This document shows, piece after piece, positions 42,374-54,600 of a stretch of 64,000 bases of DNA; positions within the stretch are counted from its first letter, which is position 1, and every line of letters begins with the position of its first letter. Origin of the DNA: Chrysomallon squamiferum (taxonomy: Eukaryota > Animalia > Mollusca); assembly GCA_012295275.1 (NCBI GenBank), contig CM022675.1, positions 2,046,001 to 2,110,000 on the forward strand. Reading direction: 5' to 3'. The position numbers and the translations under genes are program-made. The notes below the pieces were generated by a model, which saw only the letters and a program-made list of their open reading frames with translations, ran no database searches and had not been told where the DNA came from.

Positions 42374-45300
42374 TTCATTTATACACTACGAAAAAAAGTA
42401 TTCAAAAAATTAAAACCTTTCAAAAGTAGCAATTTTCAAGTAGTAACTTAATATTTAAATATATTCTCTCTTTCACATATGATATATTTAAATATGTTCC
42501 AAATGCTGTCCTTTATTAATAGAGACGTTGCCATTTTAAGGATATATTTAAAGGTAATTTTGACAAGAAAAAGTATTTTACTCATAATAAAACCTCAGAC
42601 TTACATTTCAAGGGAGAAAACTTGCTAAATTTAACATTCTTCTTTACCGAAAAAAGTTTCGAACTTACTGGGTCACACTGAGACTTTTGTCCTGGAGGAC
42701 AAACTTTGACAGAACATTCTGTAGAGACTGCGTTGTTTTTGTTAAAGGTGAAAGCTTTCAACTTGAATGTGACGTTGTTTCCCGATCTTTCAGGCTCCTG
42801 TATCATCAGTTTACCGATTTCAGACGAAGGACAGCTGAATAAGTAAAGATTATAAGATAAAATAGCATTTCTCTTAAGTTTTCACGATCTGAATAAAGTA
42901 TGTGTGTTTTAAAGAGAGATTCCCTGTATAAGTTATTAGACGTTATAAAATTAGATATTTCAAAACAAGAACAAATAATCTGAGGTAAGAGTAAATATTT
43001 TCAAAAGAATTAGTCTGCAGTTCGGTTGTTTATCGAGAGGTCATCAGTTTACGTACATTATTATTTGAATCGAGAATCTATCTGGTTTGTAGAAATGAAT
43101 AAATAAATAAATAAATGAAAAAAGTGTAAAAAGAATAAAAATAAATAAAAAGTAAAATAATAATAACAATAATAACAACAACAACAACAACAACAACAAG
43201 GACAGCAACAATGATAATGACGATGATGATGATGCTCAGATTTGATGCTCTAAAAATCTTTGTTTATGTTTATATAAACATAAACAAAAAAAAAAAAAAA
43301 AAAAAAGAATTACCTGTTTTCAATGATTTTCAAAGTTTCACTGTCTTCTCCAGTTTTCTGATTATCAGCAGTGCATGATTCCACCCTGAGAGTACCGGAT
43401 TCTGGTTCTGTTTCAAATACACTACAGTACTATTTATTGTAGTTTTGTTATCTTAAACAAATTAATATTTTCCTTGAGGAATATTCAAAATCATGCTAAT
43501 TCTGTACATATCACCTTGACTGGTAATCTTACCATACATAAATGCTTGTATTAGTGAGAGTTAACATCATTCTACTTTTGCATTTATTATTATAACTGCT
43601 GGTATCAAAGTCATGAGACTGACAGAAATTTAGAAAGTCTAAAAAATATATTCAGACGTTTACACAAATTAGTCCATATTAAGTGAGACATCACAATAGA
43701 CTTTATATAATTTCAATACCAATCTTAGTATGGAACAAACACTTGATATCATTTCTTTACAACAACAACAACAACACACACACACCCGCATACACAGACA
43801 CACACAAACACATATACACACAAATTTAGTATAGAACAAGCAGTTCATATTGCAAAGTATGCTATTAACTATATGCATATATGTGTGTAGTTTTGTGTGT
43901 ACAATATTCTTCTGTTAGTTTTGATTAATATTTTCCAAATTCTTGATATGTGCAAAATGAAAAGGAAATTTCTAAAATGTTTCCAACAGTTTTAAAAATA
44001 TATGCAAAAAGATATTCCTGTAAATGACATAGATGTTTGTGTGTTAAATATTTTGAAATGTGTTCAAATGATTCAATACCGCTATCGTTCAACTTACAGT
44101 CGAATGCTAACAGAGTTTTTCTTATTTATTTATTTATTAATTTATCTGTTTTTTAATAAATAGAAAAATTTAGATGATGAAGCATTCAGAAGACTCAACA
44201 TTGCATAAAACAAGACACACGCACGCACACACAGAGGCACACACACACACACACACTTACCTGCACATTTCATGCCAGCGTCATCTTCGTGGTGACAGTG
44301 ATAGTTGCCCCATTGAAAATTGCACTGTTGAAGACTAGTTTCATTTCCCAAACAGTGAATATCACGCAGAAGGATAGGTCCTGATCCTTCACCAAAATTA
44401 TCGATATCAACTGCTGTTGCATTTGAACTGTGAAACATGGGTTATCATTTTATAATATGTATTTAATATTATTTTGTTTTCTATATTCATTTAATAATCT
44501 ACTGTAAAACAATATCTTACAGTTAATAACTGCAACGAGAAGCTTTTTAAAGTATAACCGTAACACTTTGCTTTTTATAATTTCTATTTCACTTACATAA
44601 TGTCACAAATCTGTTTATTTATTTAATTCGTGTGTCACTTGTGAAATACCTCTATTTCTTAATGTATATATTTGTATCACAGGCTAAAAATATATGATTA
44701 AATAATTAAAAAAAAAAAAAAATAAAATAAAAGTAAGAATAAAATGTTACAGACATCTAGAGAAATATCTCTTATTGAGACACAAGCATTTTTCAGAAAC
44801 CATCTGTTTTAATAATAATTATTATTAACTTACATAGTGAAACCGAGCATTCTACAGTAAATAGCTGCGTTATGATAAGCATTATTAATAACTTACTTAG
44901 TGAAACCCAGCATTCTGTAGTAAACAGCTGTTATAATAATCATTATTAAAAACGTAATTAGTGAATCCCAGCATTCTGCAATAAACAGCTGTTATAAGAA
45001 TCATTATTAAAAACGTAATTAGTGAATCCCAGCATTCTGTAGTAAACAGCTGTTATAATAATCATTATTAAAAACGTAATTAGTGAATCCCAGCATTCTG
45101 TAGTAAACAGCTGTTATAATAATCATTATTAAAAACGTAATTAGTGAATCCCAGCATTCTGCAATAAACAGCTGTTATAAGAATCATTATTAATAACTTA
45201 CTTAGTAAAACCCAGCATTCTCTAGTAAACAGCTGTTATAATAATCATTATTAAAAACGTAATTAGTGAATCCCAGCATTCTGCAATAAACAGCTGTTAT

Positions 45301-47091
45301 AAGAATCGTTATTAATAACTTACTTAGTAAAACCCAGCATTCTACAGTAAACAGCTGCGTTATAATAATCATTACTAATAACTTACTTAGTAAAACCCAG
45401 CATTCTACAGTAAACAACTGTTATAATAATCATTATTAACAAATTACTTAGTAAAACCCAGCATTCTGCAGTAAACAACTGTTATAATAATCATTATTAG
45501 TAGCTTACTTACTGAAACCCAGCATTCTACAGTAAACAGCTGTTATAATAATAATTATTAATAACTTACTTAGTAAAACCCAGCATTCTGCAGTAAACAG
45601 CTGCGTTGTAATCAGTATGATATTTATCACAGACTGTGCCCCACATTCCAAGATATTTAATCTCTACTCGACCTTCTCGTTCTGAACTGCCTCCAACCAG
45701 ACGAATCTCAATTTCTGAATTGTCTTCTACAGAAAACAAAAATACATTTCTTTGTCACGTCACTCAGCAAGTATAACATAGAAACCGTGATACTATAGTT
45801 AGATTTTATTTTCAAAGTACACAATGAATAAAATAGCTAGGATATTTCATGTTAGTTTCCCTGTGTGTGTTGTGTATAAGGCAATAGCTATTTAAAAATA
45901 TTAAATATGTAATCATTCTGACTGCTGTGTAAAAGACATTACCTGCACACTTCAGGGCTAAGGACTTTCCTTCAAAGTCGTCCGCAGTGAATTTAATGTA
46001 ACACTGATTAATATTCTCTTCCAATCCAGAACATCGTACTTTTGAAGTCAAAACCTTCTCTCTGCTCGACGTCATGTTATGCTCGTCCCAACTCATCAGA
46101 ATTGGTTTGTAACTTCTTCCAGTGAAGAAGAAAAAGAAGAATTAAAATAAAAATACAAATAGAAATACAAATAACACTACTATTAAAAAATGACACATTC
46201 TTTTTATTATTATTATTATTATTATTCAGTCGTAATTAAACGATTTTGCTCTCTGAGATGTCCCACGTAATTTATATTATAGTCCTAGAAACAAGCTTTT
46301 AAGTGACTGTAATATCTTTTCTATAGATTTTATTTTTGTGGAAATTTCTGTAATATTCAAACTTTGCTTAACTTCAGATGACATGTAATTCTTTCTAAGT
46401 TACTTGTTTGTCTGAGCTTACTCGTTAAATCCAAGTGTTCTGCACATAACTCTAGCATCCTGTGGAGACGGACTGGAATCATAGAATACACCCCACTCAT
46501 TGTTCATTTTCACTTCAACGACGCCGTAGTTACTGCTTGGACCACCAACTAGTCGTAACTCAATGTTTGATATGTCCACTACAACATTCATATATATATA
46601 TATATATAAAAGGTCTAAAACAAACAAAGAAACAAACTGATCACAACGTTCAATAGCATGTCATTTAAATTTGGTATGCTTAGTTTTTTTTTATCTTTTT
46701 ATTTTCACCCACTTCCTCGCATATTTACTTAAATATATTCCTAAAAGCCTGGACATCTGTCTGTAATTATATAATGGTTAATTAAACTGTAAAGTTATAG
46801 TAGTTTTAACATAAACACCTGAACAGCTAATGTTTACATAAGTACATCCACTGTCTTCATTGCGATGACTTAGAAGACACAGATGAAGAGCAGGTTCATA
46901 GTCAGAACATTTAACGTCATATTTCCATTTACTGCCTGTAACAGTTTCACCACTATCATAGAGTTCAGCTCTATAAACATAAATATAAAAAGTCATATGG
47001 ATGGATGGATGGATGTACGTGTGTGGGTGTTTGTATCGAATATTTTAAATTTTAAAATTGTCTAAAATAATTTATTCATGTGATGTTCTTA

Positions 47092-47126
<35 letters not shown>

Positions 47127-47494
47127 GATGAGAATAGCATTTCCAATGGTATTAATACTGTAACAGTGAACATAATAAATTATTGGTATTGAACAAAATT
47201 TTGACAAAGTTATATTATTATTATTATTATATAAATTAACGGAGGTGTTTAAAGAGATATACTGACTTTGCATAACCCATCTGCCTGCACACAACTTCAG
47301 CTGCATCATTTGTAAAGAGATCTGTTCTACACACGAAATTCCATTTGTCATCATCAAATACTTGAAGTTTTCCTTCATGGTCGTTTGCCCCATCCACCAG
47401 TTTCAGTTTGTATGGTGTAGGGTTTTCTTTTGTAGTCGTAGAAAACATTTATTTAATTTATTCAGCTGTTGCACTCAATCATTATTATATTATT

Positions 47495-47578
<84 letters not shown>

Positions 47579-48452
47579 GTTATTGTAAGATCCTGACTTT
47601 TTTAATGATGTAACATTTAATTACAGGTTTTACCGATTTATTGTTACTACTACTACTACTGCTACTGCTACTACTATTAGTATTATTTTTAGTAGTAGTA
47701 CTAGTACTAGTAGTAATAGTATATAGATACATATGTATAGATACGTACATACACTGACATCCATGTATTTCATATTCTGTTTATTTCCGACGAAATCGAT
47801 AATTATTTATTTATATCTCCACACACTTGAAAACTTGTACTTGACAGGAGCGTAAAACACTACTACTACTACTACAAGTACAACTACTACTACTACTACT
47901 GCTACCACTACTACTACTAATAATAATAATAAAGAAAAGAAAAAGAAAGAAAAAGACAACAAACAAAAAATCTTCCTTTTCCTATGACATAATGATGATG
48001 ATCATATGATATTTCTTACCATCACATATAATTCCAATATCTTCATCCCCGCAGTCATCATCACAGTCACTAATACTCCAGGTTATACAATCATTTACAT
48101 CTCTTTCCAGTCCATAACACCTTAAACGACCGCTGAAAACTTTACCACTTCCACCTCTAACGAAACCTTTACCACGAGGCACGCCAAACGCTCTGTTAGA
48201 AACACACACAGAAATCTGATCATAACAGCTAACAAATGATTTACATTTATATGTTTCTTTTCATTTCAAATTTATTTTCTACCACTATTATGTGCATTTC
48301 AGAACATTGTGCTACTGCACGAAATCGTTAATACAGTATTACCCAGATAAGATTACACATTTTTGTTAAGATACTGCTTTAACTTATATCCATTTAGTTA
48401 GATTTACTGGATATAACACAGTTTACATCAATAAAAAAACAACAACAAAAAA

Positions 48453-48549
<97 letters not shown>

Positions 48550-49272
48550 AACAACACACAGATCGATAATCTTAATCTCATCTTAGGATTTCTATATATA
48601 TATAATTACATTTATTTACTTATTTAATTGTTTGTTTATGTATTTATTTAAATAAATATAGTGCTAATTATTTCCTAGTTGTTTTTGATACTTAGTATTG
48701 GTGGATATCATACGGAAGTGTTTGTAATTCACTTACTTGTTGAATCCGATATTCCTACACACTGTAGTGGCTTCGTAGAAGTCGAAAGAATCAGTATGCA
48801 GTCTGCCCCATTCACCTTTGTACAAAACTTCTACACGACCTTCTTTAGTTGTATTACCATCAGCCAGACGAACACTCACTTCATAACAAAATAGTAAACA
48901 TAAATAATAATTCATAGAAAATTCCCAAGAATTCGTTAGGAAATGGGAAAGTAGTTTGAAAATGGGTAAGTCGACAGTTTTAAGTCAAGAATAAATACTG
49001 AAACAATTCAGAAACATAAAATAAATAATTAAAGTCTATAGTTATAATGTAGTACATATATATGTTTTACCTGGTTCAATGTCGGCAGTCTTTTCTGGTA
49101 CGTTTGCTGTCAAGTCTGAGAATACAACAAAAATAACAAAAATAAATACATGAATAAATAAGTAAAAAAGCTAAAGCACCTCAAAAAACAAACAAAAAAA
49201 ACAACAAAAAAAACAACAACCGAAGATGACGCGAAATCAGAATTAATTAATGACAGCTGTTATTACTATGAC

Positions 49273-49357
<85 letters not shown>

Positions 49358-49775
49358 ATGAAGTTCACTATGGAAACAACAACTTGTTCCTACTTGTAGT
49401 AAACTCAAATGTAAGTTCTTCATCTAAAGATACAGCTGCTGATTCTGAAACTGAAGACCCGTCTTTGAGGTTGATGTTGAACTGGGCAAGCGGGGAGTCT
49501 ATTGAGTTGACTGTGTTTGTAATATTCTGTGTGTCTCTGTAAAATAACATCAAGAGCTATTCCAGATATATGCAATTAATATCCAAACTTTCCACCGTGT
49601 TAATAATCTTATACAAATTAACAAATCGTCTTTTTGTGTAATATCCCAAAGTAAAATATTAATACTTGAAATGGAATGTTCAATGCATTAATTTCATCTT
49701 TACTGAAATGTTAATTCAGTATTAACCGCAATTGTAAGTAAAGTTATAGACATTCCAGGAAAGAAAGAAAGAAAC

Positions 49776-49821
<46 letters not shown>

Positions 49822-50185
49822 TATAACTAACCTTTCAATTTCTTTGGTTGTTATCACTTTGGTGACAGTCACGGTTACGACATCGGTGTTTTTTTCACTA
49901 CAAGTGACAGAGACTTTTGTATCGAAGTTTGTCATGTACTTTTCACTGAACTGAATGATCACATCTCGAGTTCGACCTCCATTTACCTTAAGAACGAGTC
50001 ACAATTACACGAGTTATGTTCAATCAATGTCTAATACCACTTTGTACAAAGATAACAACAAATATTTTTGAAAACAATTTTTCTGATCTTATAATTCCAC
50101 AAATACACAAAATTTTAAATCTATTTATTTAAACAATTTGTGGAAGTAGCTAAGTATTTAAACATATTTCATTAAGAAAAAATCA

Positions 50186-50224
<39 letters not shown>

Positions 50225-50522
50225 AAAGAAAGAAAAAAGTAAACTAAGAATTATAAAAATAATGAACAAAACTAACCTGAGTCACCCCTCCACATTCAGG
50301 ATCCTTAACGTTCAGAACCACGCCCTGCTTTCCCGAGGGTAGATCTGATGACGTGAATTTGCAACCTGGAGCGTCTTTTTCACCTTTAGCATAGACGACA
50401 CCACTGAATGTTCCAGCAGGATTAATCATAATCATCATAGAACTTTTCTGACAGGAAACATCATCTGCAAATATTAAGATTAGCATTTGTTAGCAGAAAT
50501 AATCATGATGATTGTGATGATG

Positions 50523-50591
<69 letters not shown>

Positions 50592-51729
50592 ATTATAATA
50601 ATAAAGAAAGCGTATTTGGTATCAAATAATAATATTAAGCTTCGTTTCAGATTAATTTAAATCAGATCATGAATCTCACTGTGTTTAGTGACAGTTTAAA
50701 TCTGTTATAAACTTAAATAGTATGTTACTATTATATTTTTGTTATTTATTTATTTATTTTACATTACTTTACTGGGAGGTGAAAAGTATAGTAAATAACA
50801 GCAATCTAAGTTAATATAAACGCACACACATATATACATACATACATATATTACATAAATATAATAAATGAGCATACTGAAAACAATTGGAATATCATCT
50901 ACCCTTCATTGCTACATAAAAACAGTGGTAGATATAAAAATAAGTATTATTTTGTTAAGTAGAATGAATTACTCACATCTTTTGTTTTCACAGTGGTCAC
51001 CATAGAAACCAGGAGGACAGAAACACGTCTTGTTTCCATTATTGTTGTAACAGATACCTCCATCAGAGCCACAAGAGTCAGTCTGATTGGTACACGGACT
51101 TGAACCACTCAAACCTGAAAACACAAATTTCGTATCTGTCATGATATGAAAAAAACAGAAAAAACCCAAAACTACCTATACCTTCTTTTTTTTTGATGAT
51201 ATCATTGAAGTTACCCACACTTGACATATTAGAATTACAATACTGACTTGTCTCCAGCTCACAGTTGTAGCCAGTGTAGTCATTTCCACAGTCACAGGTG
51301 CCGTCATTTTGACAAGTTTTATTATTAGCACAATCCTGACCCTGTCGTCTGCAGTCGAAGTATTCTTCACCTGTAAACAACATTTTAACATAGGATAACT
51401 TTCATGACTGAAAATTGTTATTGAATAAAAGAAAGAAAAAATACATATGTGACAGATTTTACTTTAAATTGCAATAGAGGTAGGAGGAATAGTAGTAATA
51501 ATAATAATAATAATAATAAAATAGAAGAGAATAGACGTTAGGAAGAATAATGTGGAGATAACCAGTAAACATGACAACTGTTGTGACCAGTATGAAATAA
51601 AGAAAGCAGCATATCGAAATTATAGTCATCAAAATTTTTGTTTCAAATTTTATTTATTTATTTATTTAGAAATATTAATCATTATTTTACTTTTATTAAT
51701 CAGTATTATATAGGTTTTTTCACTGTTCA

Positions 51730-51797
<68 letters not shown>

Positions 51798-52089
51798 GCG
51801 TATTTAATTACTGAAGTCGTCTTGTTCTTAACCCTATTTCACCATGTAAACCAAAAAATATATATCATCATTTAAAGGAATTCTTTCTAAAATATTAATG
51901 TTATAATTTGAATGATGTATTTGTTTTTAATATTTTGTTCCACTGTGTGAACTATCTATTTTCAAATTCCCCTTCTTTTTGTGACAACAGACACATACAA
52001 TATTTCTATAAAGAAACAGAGACGAAAATAAAGTTACCTCGAGTGATGGAACAACTTAGCAGTAGCAGATAGACGAAAGATATCCACAT
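41852..52089 (-). CDS. EGF-EGF-ZP (EGFZP-like) type I membrane protein with four SRCR domains inserted in ZP-C; 19 coding exons, 886 aa
   Basis: Manual exon chain, all GT-AG and phase-consistent: 52089-52038, 51370-51248, 51114-50977, 50464-50277, 49986-49832, 49536-49394, 49115-49071, 48878-48737, 48192-48020, 47426-47267, 46970-46819, 46578-46422, 46115-45943, 45726-45570, 44427-44261, 43407-43314, 42834-42669, 42312-42195, 42009-41852. Total 2661 nt, open from ATG to TAA. Domains were recognised by eye from Cys spacing and motifs. Confidence 0.88.
42195..43407 (-). CDS. Exons 16-18: remainder of ZP-C, furin site RKRR, putative external hydrophobic patch
   Basis: LRVESCTADN...LKIIENSCP...FKLKAFTF...ECSVKVCPPGQKSQCDPVDCNGKEGFGRKRRSAE...VRKTYIVLD: ZP-C C.A / lI..GCp / AF.F / C.v.vC motifs. 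Confidence 0.88.
44261..45726 (-). CDS. SRCR domain 4 (exons 14-15), the most canonical
   Basis: IRLVGGSSEREGRVEIKYLGMWGTVCDK...AAVYCRMLGF / FGEGSGPILLRDIHCLGNETSLQQC...WGNYHCHHEDDAGMKC. Confidence 0.93.
44810..45605 (-). repeat. ~61-bp minisatellite made of the exon 14 3' end plus its splice donor
   Basis: About 13 units of cagctgtttactgcagaatgctgggttttactaagtaagttattaataat (minus strand). Confidence 0.9.
45943..46578 (-). CDS. SRCR domain 3 (exons 12-13)
   Basis: LRLVGGPSSNYGVVEVKMNNEWG...ARVMCRTLGF / VRCSGLEENINQC...LALKC. The exon 13 acceptor is a tandem AAGAAG (exon start 46115 or 46112). Confidence 0.85.
46819..47426 (-). CDS. SRCR domain 2 (exons 10-11)
   Basis: LKLVDGANDHEGKLQVFDDDKWNFVC...AEVVCRQMGY / VKCSDYEPALHLC...GCTYVNISC. 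Confidence 0.88.
48020..48878 (-). CDS. SRCR domain 1 (exons 8-9)
   Basis: VRLADGNTTKEGRVEVLYKGEWG...VCRNIGF / GGSGKVFSGRLRCYGLERDVNDC...CGDEDIGIIC. Confidence 0.9.
49071..49536 (-). CDS. Exon 6 (interdomain linker and first strands of ZP-C) and exon 7 (45-nt linker)
   Basis: AQFNINLKDGSSVSESAAVSLDEELTFEFTT resembles the ZP-C start (v.lGd.l.l pattern). Exon 7 encodes NLTANVPEKTADIEP, phase 1-1. Confidence 0.75.
49832..50464 (-). CDS. Exons 4-5: ZP-N subdomain
   Basis: VSCQKSSMMIMINPAGTFSGVVYAKG...PGC...ECGG...VIIQFSEKYMTNFDTKVSVTC: four-Cys invertebrate ZP-N pattern. Confidence 0.85.
50977..51370 (-). CDS. Exons 2-3: two EGF-like domains
   Basis: EEYFDCRRQGQDCANNKTCQNDGTCDCGNDYTGYNC and CTNQTDSCGSDGGICYNNNGNKTCFCPPGFYGDHC; six Cys each, CxC...G..C ends, phase 1-1 exons. 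Confidence 0.9.
52038..52089 (-). CDS. Exon 1: signal peptide MWISFVYLLLLSCSITR(G)
   Basis: ATG at 52089, hydrophobic stretch, donor G|gtaact (phase 1). An acceptor ttttcag 12 nt upstream of the ATG implies upstream non-coding exon(s). Confidence 0.85.
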
Positions 52090-54486
52090 ATTTACTTTAT
52101 ACTGAAAAGAAGATTAAATAAATAAACAAACAAAAAAAACAAAACAACTAATAAATTAAAAATAAATAAATAAATAAATACCTATGATGTTATATTTTAT
52201 GAATAGTATTGTGTATGCTTATGTGTGTCTGTGTGTACCTGTCAAATATAGGTGATAATCAAACATACGTCATAAAACAATAGAGTATTAACACAATCAT
52301 TAACTGTTATGAATCACATTTTTTTCTTAAAATCGTAGTTTTATGTGTTGTACACAGCAATATGCATTACTACATACGTACTTACAGACATACATACATA
52401 AACAAAAAATAGTACACACAAATCTGGAGAATTGGCGCAGACTGACCCCTTACCAAATTTTCTAATTTGACTGCTATGTAATAGCTGGTACAGTCACTGT
52501 TCAAGTTAAACAAGCCGAGTTGCAGTGGTGAGTGTATGGACCAATCGAGAAATCAAAGTTAATAGAGCTTCTCAGTTGGTGTTTTATGATCAGATAGTTA
52601 GTTTTTAAAATAGCTTTTAAGATGATTTGCATACGTTTGCTATTTCATGAGGTAAATCAGAACCCATAAATGAGATTAAATCCGATGAAAAAGACGCCAG
52701 ATGATCTTGGATTCACTTCACGAATATACAGTAACGTGAAAATATCATTACACTACAACATGCACATTTACAGATGTCCTTGCATACGCACGTCCTGAAA
52801 CTGTACAAACACATTGACTGAAGTAATGTACATATGTATTCCTACAAACTGTACAAACACATTGACTGAAGTAATGTATATATGTATTTAGAGAAAGTGG
52901 ACACTAAAGAAATTATACAAATTACATTGACTGAAGTAATGTACACATGTATATTTACAGAAAGTGGACACTAAAGAAGTTATCATACAAATTACATTGA
53001 CTGAAGTAATGTATATATGTATTTAGAGAAAGTGGACACTAAATAAATTATACAAATTACATTGACTGAAGTAATGTACATGTATATTTACAGAAAGTGG
53101 ACACTAAAAAGTAATTTTACAAATTACATTTACTGAAGTAATATACCCATGTATTTACAGAAAGTGGACACTAAATAAGTTATACAAATTACATTGACTG
53201 AAGTAATGTACATATATATTTAGAGAAAGTGTACACTAAAGTAATTTTACAAATTACATTTACTGAAGTAATATACCCATGTATTTACAGAAAGTGGACA
53301 CTAAATAAGTTATACAAATTACATTGACTGAAGTAATGTACATATATATTTAGAGAAAGTGTACACTAAAGTAATTTTACAAATTAATTTTTACTGAAGT
53401 AATATACCCATGTATTTACAGAAACTGGACACTAAATAAGTTATACAAATTACATTAACTAAAGTAATGTACATATGTATTTACAGAAAGTTAACACTAA
53501 AGAAGTTATACAAATTACATTAACTAAAGTAATGTACATGTGTATTTACATAAGTTTTAAATTTCACTCACAAAATATCACCTGCTTTTATTGTAAAATA
53601 TTAATGCAATCAGGAAATTAAAACACACACACACACAGACAGAGAGACACACACACACACACACAAACACAATCACACACAGAACACTACCCAACAAACA
53701 GCAAGCCATTCACGACCAGTGAAGCATTTTCGTAGAGCAGTAGACGCGAGATGTCTCGAGGTAAAACTGTTTGTATGTCTAACAAGAACTACAAGATTCC
53801 ATGTATTATTATCTACACACAAATGAGAGACTTACAATTGTAACACCTGCAAGAGTTAGGTAATCTTAGGACGATGTTTTAGTCTAGTTTTTAATATTTT
53901 CTTAAACACAGTTACAAATATCTGAAAAGTGTCAGCTTGTGTCTCAAAAATAAATAAATAAATAAATAAATAAACTAATCAGAAAAAGTATCATAGAGAA
54001 TTAACATATAATAATAAAATGAATTGAAAATAATAATACAAAATAGCGCTAACCTGAAATGGAATAGAATATACTGAAATGAACAACAATAACAAACTGA
54101 AAAACAGAGGTATAGATAGACACAAAGAAAACAGATATATAAAGAAGCAGATAGATGCATAGGTGTATACACTGAAAGAGTGTAGGTTGGTAGGTAGGTG
54201 GGTACTCAAGAATGAATAACATAGGTAACCAGATTCAAAAAAAAAAAAAAAAAAAAAAATTTTTCATACAAAATTATCACACATAAAGAAATGAGTTATG
54301 GAGGAAAAGGTCAAGATGATCTTCAAACACAACTGACTGAATTTGAATGTTTAACTGTTCTTTAATTTTAAGTAAATCAGCTTTGGTGTAAAACAGGAAT
54401 CAAAGAAATCTACGATCTATTTTTGGACATCCATAAGACACATACAACTGGTAAAAAGTGTTTCTAATAATATTGAGAGAGAGAGA

Positions 54487-54600
<114 letters not shown>

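Noticed and set aside
41852-52089. Calling the gene DMBT1
   Set aside because: No CUB domains, EGF pair at the N-terminus and SRCRs inside the ZP module; the shared domains look convergent, so no symbol was assigned.
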